A DNA stretch of 64,000 nt from Halodesulfurarchaeum sp. GTDB lineage: Archaea > Halobacteriota > Halobacteria > Halobacteriales > Halobacteriaceae. Every line of letters begins with the position of its first letter. Within the stretch, counting starts at the first letter, position 1. The notes under the pieces are model-generated. The model was not told where the DNA came from and searched no databases. It was given only the letters and a program-made list of their open reading frames with translations. Shown here in pieces: positions 29,134 through 39,748 of this stretch. The position numbers and the translations under genes were made by a program. The stretch is taken from the NCBI GenBank assembly GCA_034520565.1, contig JAXHNL010000002.1, positions 1,652,175-1,716,174 of the forward strand, given 5' to 3'.

Positions 29134-29604
29134 ATGTCAATCGAATCCGGCGATTCGGTGACCATCGAATACACCGGCAAACTCGCTGACGGTACCGTCT
29201 TCGATACCTCACGACGATCCGTCGGCGAGGAAGCCGGACTGACGGAGTCCGACCCCGACCGTGAGTACGAGCCCCTTTCGGCAACAGTCGGGACTGGCGA
29301 GTTCATCGAGGGGATCGACGACGCACTGCTCGGAATGGAACAGGGGGAGTCGAAGACGGTCGAAATTCCGCCCGAAAAGGGATACGGCGAATGGACAGAA
29401 GAACACGTCATCGAGTACAATATCGATGAACTCGGTTCCGAACTGGGCGAGACACTTCCCGAGGAGGGGACTTTCATTCAGACAGGAGAGGGGTCAGTCG
29501 GGGAAATCGTCGACGTCGATGCGGACGCGATTCGCGTCGATTTCAACCACAGACTCGCCGGTGAAACCCTCACGTTCGATATCGAAGTCCTCGAGATCGG
29601 GTGA
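29134..29604 (+). CDS. FKBP-type peptidyl-prolyl isomerase (SlyD-like)
   Basis: YTGKLADGTVFDTS, IPPEKGYG, VDFNHRLAGETLTF. Confidence 0.92.
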   Translation: MSIESGDSVTIEYTGKLADGTVFDTSRRSVGEEAGLTESDPDREYEPLSATVGTGEFIEGIDDALLGMEQGESKTVEIPPEKGYGEWTEEHVIEYNIDELGSELGETLPEEGTFIQTGEGSVGEIVDVDADAIRVDFNHRLAGETLTFDIEVLEIG

Positions 29605-29676
29605 TTGAAGCCGCGGTCGAGAATCCACCAGTTTCGTGCGAAGACACCCGCACGGCTCGCCGATTATTCAGGCCGG

Positions 29677-29937
29677 TTAGACCGCACTTGGTTGCCGCTC
29701 TGCCGTCTCCGACACGTGTTCGGTGAACAGGTAGAGTCGGAGATGGCCGTGAGAGTAGACGAGTTCGTCGACAGCGTCGGTTCGTTTGAGTTCTGTCAGT
29801 GCGTCTCGAACCACCCGAAACGGGAGGTTCGTGTTCTCGATCAGATCTCGCTGTCTCAGGGGCGCGTTCTTCCGCAATTCCCTGTAGACGATCTGGACGT
29901 TCGGTGGGTAATCGTCGACCTCATTTGGTTGCTTCAT
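29677..29937 (-). CDS. Small winged-HTH protein
   Basis: PPNVQIVYRELRKNAPLRQRDLIENTNLPFRVVRDAL. Confidence 0.65.
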   Translation of the reverse strand: MKQPNEVDDYPPNVQIVYRELRKNAPLRQRDLIENTNLPFRVVRDALTELKRTDAVDELVYSHGHLRLYLFTEHVSETAERQPSAV

Positions 29938-30113
29938 ATCCAAAGGGAGGGACGCAGGCTTGGTAAGAAAAGGGCCCAATTGATTGGGTGCGTTTGAGCG
30001 TCTCTTGTGTGTCCATCGGAGCGAGCGCGGAGCGATTCGAACAAAATCGGTAGCACAGCGGTTCGCCAAAAGAAGGGGAACCGATTTGGTAGCTGGGGCC
30101 ACGTTTTCGACTC

Positions 30114-31028
30114 GTGTCATCGAGGGCAGCCGGGTGGAAAAGCGGGTCGACCCCACTGATCGGACTCGGTGTCGCGCTGGCGGCCATCAGCACGAGCGCG
30201 ATCCTCGTCCGGTGGAGCGGGGCGCCGAGTCTCATCAAGGCGTTCTATCGGTCGCTCTTCACCACCCTCCTGCTGGCCCCACTGGGGCTTCGCTACCGCG
30301 AGGAGTTCGGGTTGATAGGCCGCCGAGATGCAGCCTTCGCCGTGGCTGCGGGCGTCGCCCTGGCGATTCACTTTGCGGCCTGGTTCGAGTCGCTGGAGTG
30401 GACCAGCATCGCCGCGTCGGTGACACTCGTCCAGACCCAGTCGATCTTCGTGGCGATCGCGGCCTGGGCCCTGCTCGAGGAGCGGCTCACGCCCACGATG
30501 GTCGCCGGGATCCTGACGGCCCTCGTCGGATCGGTGCTCATGTCCGCCAGCGACCTGCTCGGCGGCGGGGCCGTCGGGGCGAACCCGCTCTGGGGGAATG
30601 CACTCGCCGTCCTCGGCGCGGTGCTGGCTGCGGGATACGTGCTCGCCGGTCGGTCCCTCCGCCAGCGGATCTCGCTCGTTCCCTACGTCCTGATCGTCTA
30701 CAGCGTCGCGACGGTCGTCCTCTTTTTCGTCGCCGCGAGCGGCGGCCACCAGTTCACCGGCTACCCGGGGCGGGAGTGGCTGCTCTTCTTGGCCATGGCG
30801 GTCGGACCGGGCATCTTCGGCCACACGCTCATCAACTGGGCGCTCAAGTACGTCGAATCGACGGTGGTCAGCGTCTCGCTGCTCGTCGAACCGCTGGGGA
30901 GTGCCCTGCTGGCACTCGTGATCTTTCTCGAGGTGCCGGATCGCTGGACGATCCTCGGCGGGGCGATCGTGCTTAGCGGGATATTCGTGACCGCCCGGGG
31001 TCGGGGGGCCGGGGCCCCGACACAGTGA
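30114..31028 (+). CDS. DMT/EamA family transporter
   Basis: 10 TM, SIAASVTL, GHTLINWAL, EPLGS; true start may be GTG 30134 with a +1 indel at C4 30151-30154. Confidence 0.88.
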   Translation: MSSRAAGWKSGSTPLIGLGVALAAISTSAILVRWSGAPSLIKAFYRSLFTTLLLAPLGLRYREEFGLIGRRDAAFAVAAGVALAIHFAAWFESLEWTSIAASVTLVQTQSIFVAIAAWALLEERLTPTMVAGILTALVGSVLMSASDLLGGGAVGANPLWGNALAVLGAVLAAGYVLAGRSLRQRISLVPYVLIVYSVATVVLFFVAASGGHQFTGYPGREWLLFLAMAVGPGIFGHTLINWALKYVESTVVSVSLLVEPLGSALLALVIFLEVPDRWTILGGAIVLSGIFVTARGRGAGAPTQ

Positions 31029-31131
31029 CCAGAGGGCCGGGGAAGCTGGCGCGGTAGGCCAGTTCGGGCCACCGTCATCGACTCATTCGAATCGTCACGC
31101 ACTTGGCCCCCCACCGCCAATCGACGCCTGC

Positions 31132-31205
31132 GCCGCGGTAGCTCAGCCTGGCAGAGCAGTTGATTTGTAATCAACTGGTCGAGGGTTCGAATCCCTCCCG
31201 CGGCT
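31132..31205 (+). tRNA. tRNA-Thr (TGT)
   Basis: GCCGCGG/CCGCGGC acceptor, GTTGA-TTTGTAA-TCAAC anticodon arm, TTCGAAT T-loop. Confidence 0.95.
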
Positions 31206-31339
31206 TACCAACAAATTGTACGAAGCCCAAAGGGGGCATGTACCCAATTATCCGGATTAATTTATATACCCTAACCCGAGCCTACCAGATTGCTACCTAC
31301 CTTTGGCGGGGTTTCGCGATCGATTGGCGTTCATATGGG

Positions 31340-31587
31340 TCACAGTCTGGTATCGATCTACCCGCAAAACTAGTGATGATTCTTGGAACCTGACTGTTCG
31401 GCAATGTCGTGAAGGGTGCCACTGGCTATTGGGTCATTCTTTGGTACCGAAACAATTCGCACTTCGCCGGTGTCCGGATTTTTGCACCGCAGTGTCGTGT
31501 GGCTTCCCTTCACATTTACGGGACAAACCCGTGTAATTTATGGGCGCTTTCATTACTTTCCGGGGCTGAAAACGTCGTTCGGACCAC
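31340..31587 (-). pseudogene. HicA-type toxin pseudogene
   Basis: Pieces MVRTTFS / KGSHTTLRCKNPDTGEVRIVSVP..DPIASGTLHDIAEQSG with frameshifts and internal stops. Confidence 0.7.
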
Positions 31588-31588
31588 G

Positions 31589-31700
31589 CTATTCGAGCCA
31601 CAGAGGAGAGCTTCGCTGCCAATCTTCACGTCAAGCCCCTGCTCTTCGATCCACGCTTCGGTGTCATCAATCGGGTCACCTCGTCCGGGACCGTGTTCAA
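31589..31700 (-). pseudogene. HicB-like antitoxin C-terminal remnant
   Basis: GDPIDDTEAWIEEQGLDV...LWLE*, immediately upstream of hicA remnant. Confidence 0.5.
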
Positions 31701-32212
31701 TAGTCTATGCGAGAAATTTTCTTCAAACAATCATCGGACCCCCAACCGCTACCATAGATCGACGAGTAATGCAGTACTTTGGGTGGTCGTAATGCAAATG
31801 TTTGACTGATCCGAAACAATTCAGACCGATTGTCTCTCAACTGTCGACACGACTGATCCAGATACACTCGAATGAAATAAAGCGAGATGCTTTCTCTGCA
31901 GCGTATTACCGGTCTCAATAGTTAACATATGAAGCTAGCGATCCACGATTGACTTTGCGCCGATCGGACGGGAGCGTCCTGGTGCTGTGACGATTTTGGC
32001 AAGTGCATCCGGCCCAGTTACCGTTCGAATACTTTGCTATGTGGATGAAGTGTAGTCCCGTGAAATATTTCAGTCACGTATTGTAGAACGGCTACACGAA
32101 ACTGGTACAATCACTATCAGTATTCCAATTCAAGTATTGCAATACGACCCTCTGAACTGTTGACGCCGGTCGGAAACACAAGACATTAGCCTCTATTCTG
32201 CGGCTATTGACT

Positions 32213-32992
32213 ATGAATCTGTTAGAAGGACAAGTGGTCGTGATAACTGGCGGGGCAAGTGGCATTGGTCGTGCAACGGCTCTTTCCGTTGCCCACCATG
32301 GTGGAACTGTAATCGTGGGTGACCGATCGAAAGATCCCCGTGAAGCCGACGTTCGGACCATTGACTTGATAAAGGAAGAAACCGACGCTGCTGTCCGATT
32401 CGTCAAGTGTGACGTAACCGACAGAGACGCTGTCGAGCGCCTAATCGATGCAGCTGAGGAATTTGGCGGTATCGACGTCATGGTGAACAATGCCGGGGTG
32501 TATAGAGGAGGGCCATTCCTCGATACGTCCGAGGAAACGCTGGATTTGATGCTTTCTGTTAACGTTAAAGGGACGTTTTTTGGTTCCCAAAAAGCAGCAG
32601 AGCGGATGATCGAAAACGGTGACGGGGGTTCCATCATCAATATATCAAGTATCGCCGGGTTGCGTGGTGCTTCCGAAGCCGCCGCGTACTGTACATCGAA
32701 AGGGGCAGTTCGTCAACTTACGTCCGCGCTTGCAGCAGAACTCGGACAGTATGGAATTCGAGTCAACGGCATCTATCCAGGAACTATCCGGACTGCCCAG
32801 GCGATACACGACTCTCATACGATTCCCGACGCTGATTCTGAGGACGCAGTAGCAGGGGAAATTCCACTCGGTCGAATCGGTGAACCGAGCGAAGTTGCCA
32901 AGGTCGTAATCTTTCTCGCGAGCGAGCTGGGAACGTACGTGAACGGAGCAACGTTGTCCGTCGATGGAGGCCAGTTCGCCACTGGTGGATGA
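32213..32992 (+). CDS. Short-chain dehydrogenase/reductase
   Basis: TGGASGIG, NNAG, YCTSKG, VDGG; lower GC than backbone. Confidence 0.92.
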   Translation: MNLLEGQVVVITGGASGIGRATALSVAHHGGTVIVGDRSKDPREADVRTIDLIKEETDAAVRFVKCDVTDRDAVERLIDAAEEFGGIDVMVNNAGVYRGGPFLDTSEETLDLMLSVNVKGTFFGSQKAAERMIENGDGGSIINISSIAGLRGASEAAAYCTSKGAVRQLTSALAAELGQYGIRVNGIYPGTIRTAQAIHDSHTIPDADSEDAVAGEIPLGRIGEPSEVAKVVIFLASELGTYVNGATLSVDGGQFATGG

Positions 32993-33377
32993 CAGAGCAG
33001 GATCACCATTCAACTTGTTCGGATAGCAACTACTCCACTCCCTGACGGACCATTACAGCCTGAGCGAACGTTTTATCCAGGGAACAATCCCACGCTCACC
33101 GACCGGAGACAATGATTTTTGGAAACAAGGACAAAGCGGATGATTGGTCTTGTGGTTTGCCCGGCTCGCCCTCGATTCTTCCGTTCCATTTGAGAACCTC
33201 GATGACCTCCTCGAAGAGTCCCATCCGGGCCAAGGCTTTCGCCAGCCGGTAGCAAACATGTAACTTCCGCGCAGTGACGGATATTGGTGACCCCTGTGAT
33301 CTATCCGCCTCAGCGGACTGGAAACGGTCCTGAAACTGAGTCAGGAGCAAAAACCGACAAATATATCTATGAGTTCC

Positions 33378-34907
33378 TCACCGTTCCCGCGTCCGCCACA
33401 ATAACAACCCAACCAAGACGAACGCCACGACTGGAATCAGGGGCGAGAGCGGACTCGACGTCTCTGTCACCGGCGTGAGCGGTGTCGGCTCGTTGACCAA
33501 TATCGTCGTTTCCGCCGGCGTGTTCTGTGTCGCCGGCGGGTCAGTGGAATTTTGGTTTTGCGTCGTCACGGCCTGGGTGGTTTCGGGTTGCTGGGTCGTC
33601 GGCGGCTGATACGACGAGGCGTTGGCCGTGTCGACTTCGAACTCCGTTTCGTGTGTCCTCCCGAGCGCATCGATGACCTCGATCAGAATCACGTTTCGGC
33701 CCGGCTCGATGTCCACGACCGCGTCGATTACATAACTCGTGACGTTCGAGCCCGTGTACAGCGTTTCGAGATGGGTGACTCCCTCCCACCGGTGATTCGA
33801 CTCGAGGGCGATCTCCCGGACCGTCCCGTCCGTCACGTTCGCGAACAGCCGGTAGCCGGACTCGTCGATCATCCCCGACCGATCCCCGTCGATCCGAATT
33901 TCGGGGGCGATGCGCTCTTCGGTCGTGACCGGGTCGTACTCGATCTCTCGCGTCTCCTCGACCCAGTTCCCGGCCGTGTCGGTCACGTTGAACGTGACGT
34001 TGTAGGTTCCCGCACGGTGGAAGGTCAGTTCGGGGCGCACGGTCACGCTCGTCCGTCCGGAATCGAGCAACTTGGTCGTCGGTTCGACGACAGTCTGTTC
34101 TGGCTGGCCAGGGAGCTGCACGACGAGCGAGTTGACCGCGACCGAATCGTTCGCCACGATGGTGGGGCGAATCGTCGCGGCTTCGGTCCGGTTCGACCAG
34201 CCCCGAATTTCGAGGGCGGGGTCGGCGTCGTCGGTCACTTCGATGCGAGTGCTTCGATAGATGCGAAACCCGTATTCGTCGGTGGCGGTGACGATCAGGG
34301 AGTTGTTTCCAGGGGCGAGTGTCGTGTCGAGGGCGAAGGCCCCGTCCTCGAGTTCGGTCGTCTCGACGCTCTGGCCCGAGCCGACCAGCTTCGCGGAGAA
34401 GTCAGTGACGTTCGAGGCGTCCCGGACGGTGCCCACCAGTTCGACGTCGGCACTCGTGAACGCCCGTTTCGACGGGAACTGGTACCCCGGCGAGACTTCG
34501 AAGGGACTCGACAGGCCGATATCCGGGGCGAGCGTGTCCCTGTAGACGGTTATCTGGTGGTTCGACAGGTTCCCCGCAGCGTCCGTGACGATGACCTCGA
34601 CGGCGTTCGATCGGGTCGAAAAGTCGGGGTCGAGTTCGACGGCGGAGGACGTGCCGTTCGGCTGGGCCTCGTGATACTCCTCCCCGTCGATTCTGACGAT
34701 GACGGAGTCGAGTTCGACGTCCCCTGTCACCGAGACGGAGAGGTTCGCCTCGGGCACCACGACCCTGTCGCCGTCCGCGACCGACTCCCCATTGACACTC
34801 ACCCCGATCGACGGTTGCGAGGCTGCCCCCACAGGTAACGTCGCAAACAGCCCCGCCCCCAACAGAAGCAGCACCGCGATTGTGAGGTGGCGTGCGGGTT
34901 GTCCCAT
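33378..34907 (-). CDS. Secreted cell-surface glycoprotein with Ig-like repeats and C-terminal anchor
   Basis: Signal peptide, N-x-S/T sequons, Thr-rich linker, C-terminal TM plus basic tail. Confidence 0.8.
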   Translation of the reverse strand: MGQPARHLTIAVLLLLGAGLFATLPVGAASQPSIGVSVNGESVADGDRVVVPEANLSVSVTGDVELDSVIVRIDGEEYHEAQPNGTSSAVELDPDFSTRSNAVEVIVTDAAGNLSNHQITVYRDTLAPDIGLSSPFEVSPGYQFPSKRAFTSADVELVGTVRDASNVTDFSAKLVGSGQSVETTELEDGAFALDTTLAPGNNSLIVTATDEYGFRIYRSTRIEVTDDADPALEIRGWSNRTEAATIRPTIVANDSVAVNSLVVQLPGQPEQTVVEPTTKLLDSGRTSVTVRPELTFHRAGTYNVTFNVTDTAGNWVEETREIEYDPVTTEERIAPEIRIDGDRSGMIDESGYRLFANVTDGTVREIALESNHRWEGVTHLETLYTGSNVTSYVIDAVVDIEPGRNVILIEVIDALGRTHETEFEVDTANASSYQPPTTQQPETTQAVTTQNQNSTDPPATQNTPAETTILVNEPTPLTPVTETSSPLSPLIPVVAFVLVGLLLWRTRER

Positions 34908-35029
34908 CGATCGGTTCTGGTTGCAGTAACGCGACACACCTCTTAAAAACTGCGAGAGACCCACGGCCAGCGCCCAGCTGGCGAGCGGTTTGCGAACGCT
35001 TTTCCGCCGGACTGTCCTTCGCTCCGACG

Positions 35030-35494
35030 ATGGAACTCGACACGAACCGACGCCGATTCCTGGAACTCGCGGGAACGGGTGGCGTGCTCTCCCTGGCCGG
35101 CTGTAGTGCCCCAATGCCTGACACGACGGTCGAAAACACCGGCGATGGCCCAGCCGAAACCGCGACGGTTACGGTGGCCCTCGAAATCGACGAGGAAGCC
35201 CTTCAGGCGGCCCGCGAGGATCTCGTCACCAAGATTCAGAACGGCACCATCAATCAGACCGCGGCCCAGGAACAACTGTACACGACGGAGCGAGAACTGC
35301 TTGCCGAGGCCGCGTCGACGTTCAGAGACCATCTGGAAACGACTGAAGCACTCTCGGAAGAAAACGCCGCCACGGAGATCGGGGTTTTGCTGGTCTCGGG
35401 CACCCCCGCCGCACTGATCGACTCGATCACCCGACCGGAGGTCCGCGGACTCTTCTCCGCAGAAACGTTCGAGCAGGCACTGGCCCAGCAGTAA
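35030..35494 (+). CDS. Tat lipoprotein of unknown function
   Basis: NRRRFLEL Tat motif and LAGC lipobox. Confidence 0.8.
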   Translation: MELDTNRRRFLELAGTGGVLSLAGCSAPMPDTTVENTGDGPAETATVTVALEIDEEALQAAREDLVTKIQNGTINQTAAQEQLYTTERELLAEAASTFRDHLETTEALSEENAATEIGVLLVSGTPAALIDSITRPEVRGLFSAETFEQALAQQ

Positions 35495-35506
35495 AGCGAG
35501 ACGTGA

Positions 35507-36219
35507 TTACTCGAGGTAGACGTCCACCGCTACGGTCCGAACGTGCACCGCCCCGGTTTCGAATGTGCAGGTCGCTGTTTGATTCACGACCTCACAGGAC
35601 TCCCCATCGAGTTCGGAATCGAGCCATCGTGCCCACGCCTCGGCCGATCCGTCGTCACGTTGAGGGTCACATGATAGGGCCCCGAGCCGCGATAGGAGTG
35701 GACCGACTGTGTCGCTCGGGTCGTCCGAACCATGACTCGGCCGGACCCACTGATCCCGGTATCTCGAGCCCGAGTCTGTACGAATGTCAAGACCGTCCGC
35801 TCACCGAAACGAAACGGCGGCCCGTCGGTGAGCCTCGAATACCCGCGATCGGATCGGATCGTCGCGCCGCCACTGTAGGCGATCGTTCGATCTGCCGACT
35901 GGGTGTACACGAGGGGATCGGCGGTGGTTCGATTGTACCCGAAATCCTCGACGGAGACGTTAAACCGAACCGGTTCACCGAATCCGATCCTCGCGTCCGC
36001 GAGCCTGATCTCGGTCGCACGACTCGGGACCCCAGAATCGATGTGGTCATCGACGTTCGCATCGAGCACTTCGAAGACCCGGTTGGCGTTGTCGAAGCGC
36101 TCCGCATCTCGAACCGAATCGAGACTGGTGTATCCGGCTGTAGACACGAGGGCTACGGAGCCCAGAATCAGGGAGAAAACGAGGACGTACCCGAGGACGT
36201 CGCTGACACCTCTATCCAT
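35507..36219 (-). CDS. Pilin-like protein (class III signal), 1-nt frameshift near 35645
   Basis: MDRGVSDVLGYVLV; continues as EAWARWL...VDVYLE* after adding one base. Confidence 0.75.
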
Positions 36220-36652
36220 TGCTGACCTCCAGCCAGCCGGCCGATCCATCGATGACAAGATCCCCACCATCGACGGTCCCGGCTGTGACCCGAGACGTGT
36301 TACGGACCGGAACGGTTCGGCTGATGCTCGAGTCCGCGATCTCGAGCCGAAGCGTGACTGCACCATCTGTCGTTAAGATGTCGATTCGATACTCGTTACC
36401 TGCTACACGCGAGGGGAGAGCTGTCCGAAGGGTCACCTCGCCATCGCCAAGTCGATGCAGTCGATCGGCAGTTTCGAGATCGGCGGCGAGACGATTGCCG
36501 AGCACGTCGAGTTCGCTCCGCACCGTTCGCTCGCGTTGGTCAGCGACAAGCGACGCGCCGCTGATCAACAGTCCGGTTATCAGGATCGTCGCGAGCCCGA
36601 GGTTCAACACGTAGCCGACGACCGTGGAGACACCACGATCTACACCCGCCAT
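36212..36652 (-). CDS. Pilin-like protein (class III signal)
   Basis: DRGVSTVVGYVL prepilin motif. Confidence 0.8.
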   Translation of the reverse strand: MAGVDRGVSTVVGYVLNLGLATILITGLLISGASLVADQRERTVRSELDVLGNRLAADLETADRLHRLGDGEVTLRTALPSRVAGNEYRIDILTTDGAVTLRLEIADSSISRTVPVRNTSRVTAGTVDGGDLVIDGSAGWLEVSNG

Positions 36653-37254
36653 ACGACCACCTCGACCCGAATGACGTTGTAAAGGGGACCGTCGGCGGTG
36701 TCCCTCGCGAAATACGAGTCAGCGTCGCTGACAGTCCGGTTCGACGGCGTTTCGTTTTCGTCACGAAGCCGGTCGTCGTCGTACAGGACGACCGTCCGCG
36801 TCACGCTGACTGCGTGATCGGAGGGGTCTCCCTGATGAAGGAGTTTTCGCTCCCGCTGTGTTTGGTCCGCGCTCAGGTACAGCAGGTTCACGTTATAGAC
36901 CATCCCCCGATCCCGAAAGGCGGCTTCGAGGGTGGATCCGAATTCAGTCGGAACGACGGCAGCGTACTGTGCGGAGTCCCCCGAATCGTGGAACCGGTTC
37001 CCCGTCTCGTTCCAGTACAGTACCGTCTCCCGGAGGGTGCCCCGTTCGTCGGCAGCGGCCAGTAGTCCCGAGGCCGTGCCCGAGCCCTGTGTCTGCAGGT
37101 GTTGATTGGCCGTGCTAGCCGTCAGTGGCGTAACTGCAGTCACCTGCAGGGCAAAGATCACGCTCGTCAGCACGAGTAGCGCCGCAGCGATCCCCTCGAG
37201 AACGTGTGCCTGTCCGCGATCGCGACCGGTCTTTGGCTGTGAGTCCCTCCGCAT
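36640..37254 (-). CDS. Pilin-like protein (class III signal)
   Basis: DRGQAHVLEG, VTPLTAST, ends LYNVIRVEVVVWRV. Confidence 0.8.
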   Translation of the reverse strand: MRRDSQPKTGRDRGQAHVLEGIAAALLVLTSVIFALQVTAVTPLTASTANQHLQTQGSGTASGLLAAADERGTLRETVLYWNETGNRFHDSGDSAQYAAVVPTEFGSTLEAAFRDRGMVYNVNLLYLSADQTQRERKLLHQGDPSDHAVSVTRTVVLYDDDRLRDENETPSNRTVSDADSYFARDTADGPLYNVIRVEVVVWRV

Positions 37255-37256
37255 TG

Positions 37257-37736
37257 TCACCACATCCGCACCGTCAGGTTGGCCGGTGCCCCCTCGTAGG
37301 AAACCACGCGCCAGGCCGAGGTCACCGAACCCGACGACGGCGGTTCCGGTCCAACAGTACCGACTGTTTCGTGTGCCAACCGAAGCGTGACGTTGAATCT
37401 GGCCCGATCCGGGATGCCGAGGGAGTGACCGAGTTCGGACTCGGTTTGGTTGAAGACGCCCTTGACCCGCGATTCCGTCGCGATATAGGGTGAGCCATCG
37501 GCGAGGTCCTCCGTCGCGAGAGTGGTGACCGCCCTGTCTGCTGCCACTGGATGAGCTTCCGATCCGGTCGCGAACGGATCGAGCATGCCCGGGACGACGG
37601 CGACGACGATCAGCACGGCAAAGAGGAAGATCACCGTCCCGAGGAGGAAGTCCAGGGTCGACTGTCCGCGGTCGTCCCACCAGCTCGGTGACCGGTGCTC
37701 CGTCGATTCCGATTCCGGCGGGCGCTCCGATTTCAT
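37257..37736 (-). CDS. Pilin-like protein (class III signal)
   Basis: DRGQSTLDFLLG followed by a hydrophobic helix. Confidence 0.8.
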   Translation of the reverse strand: MKSERPPESESTEHRSPSWWDDRGQSTLDFLLGTVIFLFAVLIVVAVVPGMLDPFATGSEAHPVAADRAVTTLATEDLADGSPYIATESRVKGVFNQTESELGHSLGIPDRARFNVTLRLAHETVGTVGPEPPSSGSVTSAWRVVSYEGAPANLTVRMW

Positions 37737-39748
37737 ATGAACGCCCACACGACCAGTGCGATCGTCGGCAGCACGATCGCGTACTTCAGCCCGGAGAGCA
37801 GCCGGGCGTGACTGATGTAGCCCGAAATGATGCCCGCGAGGATGCCTTGAATCGTCACCGCGTGGAAGAAGAGCATCTCGAGGAGAGCGATGTCCAAACT
37901 CGCACCGAATGACGCACCGCCGCCGACTCCTGGTGGGCCACCAGTTCCAGCCGCCTCGCTCGTCAACCCCGAGAGCACACCGAGGAATTCGGTCTGGAGG
38001 ATGACCATCACCGCGAGCAGGGTGAGGTAGGTCATAATGATGATGACCACCTGCATGCGGGCCCGTGACGTTCGCTCGCGCTCGATGTCGTCCTGATTCT
38101 CGGACGCCTGGGCCGCCGTCGAGAGGACCGCGGTGATCTTGCTCGAGGCTTCCTGGGCCTTCGTGACCAAGTTGACCGTCCTGGCGAGTCGTGGGACGTG
38201 ATACCTGTTGTTGAACTCGACGAGGGCCTGTGACAGGGTCATCCCGTAGACGACTTTCGCATAGATCTCGTCGAACTCGTCTGCGAGCCGTCCCGTCGAG
38301 GTATTCGAGACCGTTCGTATCGATTCGAGTAGCGTGAGACCGGTATCGTTGGCACTCGAGAGTTTCCGGAGGTTCTCCGAGAGCTTGCCCGTGATTCTGT
38401 GTCTGGTGTGTTGATTCCACTCGTAGAACACCGACAGCGGCACGCCGATCACGTAAAGCGGCACGAACACGTACATGAACGTCGAACCGACCGGGTTCCC
38501 GACCATCCCGTCGTAGGTCGTCGGAACGATCCCGGCAACCAAGGCGTTTCCGACGATAAAAAGGGCAATCGGAACCGTCACGACCAGGGTGAGTAGCGGT
38601 CGTTCCCTGAAGTAATACTGCGGTCGCCGCAAGAACTGGCCGACCGAATGGGCCATCCCCCGCCGCCGAATCCTGGTGAACAGTACGCTATCGGCCTGTG
38701 ACTCGATTTTCTGGTTGCCCGACCCCGACTCCCGTTCGACCCCGGAAACGACCGACAAGTCGAGATATCCGTCGCCGACCGGGTCCTGCTTGACCGTCGA
38801 AACCATGATCAGAAACGCCACGCTGACCAGAGGCAGTAGCGCATAGACGGTCAATAACAGCAGAAACTGCTGTGAGGAGCCGAGCATACTCATGACGACG
38901 AGCACGATGATCAACAGGAGCGGAAACAGGGAGAGTGTCATGTACATCTCCCCGAACAGTTCCAGCGTCTGGAGGGTCATCTCCTGTTGCTGTTTTGCCG
39001 TGCGCATGTGGGTCTCCTTCTTGTCCTCGAGAAACCCGGCCATGTCGCCGCCGCTGTTGATGATAGAGAGCATGTCCGTGAAAAACTGCGAGAGTTCGTC
39101 ACTCGGGGTTTCCATCGACCGCCGCCGAATCGCCGTCCGATAGTCGACGTCGAAGTACTCCGTCTCCTGGACGATGGTCCGGAACTCGAGGGCGACCTCC
39201 CCGTACGTGTCTTCGGCTCTGGCCATCGCCTCCAAAATTTCGAGCTGGTTGAGTCCCCCGATAGAGAGCGCGTACATGAACGAGACGGCATCCGGGAGCA
39301 GCATGTTGATCTCACGCTTTCGGGATGAGGCCCGGGAGTACGGCAACAAGATCAGCGTCCCAAAACCGGTGACGAATCCGATCGTCCCGAAAAACACCCC
39401 AGTCACGAGAACCAGGAGTGGGACTTTGATGGCCTCGAAAAACCCCGCCATCTCCGGCCCCGTGACCGGCAACCCGATAGAGACCTGTACGTCAAGGAGG
39501 CCACTCCCGAAGAGGACCCAGCCGAGAACCGTTCCAGTCACCCAGAGGATCAGTCCGCCAAGAAACCCGAACCCGAGCGCCCGCGAAACGTAGAGTTCGA
39601 CGGTTTCCTCCATCCGCGCCTCGGCCAGCTTCCGTTCGAGATCCGAGACGAACTCCGAGTCTTCCCCGAACACCCACTCGAAGAGCGGGTAAAACAGGTC
39701 GGCAAAACGCTCCGATCGGCCGCTCAGCTGGCCGGTGCGGGTACTCAT
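37733..39748 (-). CDS. pilC: Type IV pilus membrane platform protein (T2SS-F/FlaJ/TadC)
   Basis: Two T2SSF domains; LPDAVSFMYALS, LRKLSSANDTG. Confidence 0.88.
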   Translation of the reverse strand: MSTRTGQLSGRSERFADLFYPLFEWVFGEDSEFVSDLERKLAEARMEETVELYVSRALGFGFLGGLILWVTGTVLGWVLFGSGLLDVQVSIGLPVTGPEMAGFFEAIKVPLLVLVTGVFFGTIGFVTGFGTLILLPYSRASSRKREINMLLPDAVSFMYALSIGGLNQLEILEAMARAEDTYGEVALEFRTIVQETEYFDVDYRTAIRRRSMETPSDELSQFFTDMLSIINSGGDMAGFLEDKKETHMRTAKQQQEMTLQTLELFGEMYMTLSLFPLLLIIVLVVMSMLGSSQQFLLLLTVYALLPLVSVAFLIMVSTVKQDPVGDGYLDLSVVSGVERESGSGNQKIESQADSVLFTRIRRRGMAHSVGQFLRRPQYYFRERPLLTLVVTVPIALFIVGNALVAGIVPTTYDGMVGNPVGSTFMYVFVPLYVIGVPLSVFYEWNQHTRHRITGKLSENLRKLSSANDTGLTLLESIRTVSNTSTGRLADEFDEIYAKVVYGMTLSQALVEFNNRYHVPRLARTVNLVTKAQEASSKITAVLSTAAQASENQDDIERERTSRARMQVVIIIMTYLTLLAVMVILQTEFLGVLSGLTSEAAGTGGPPGVGGGASFGASLDIALLEMLFFHAVTIQGILAGIISGYISHARLLSGLKYAIVLPTIALVVWAFI

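Noticed and set aside
33053-33350. Short minus-strand ORFs after the SDR gene
   Set aside because: No recognisable motif; probably decayed sequence
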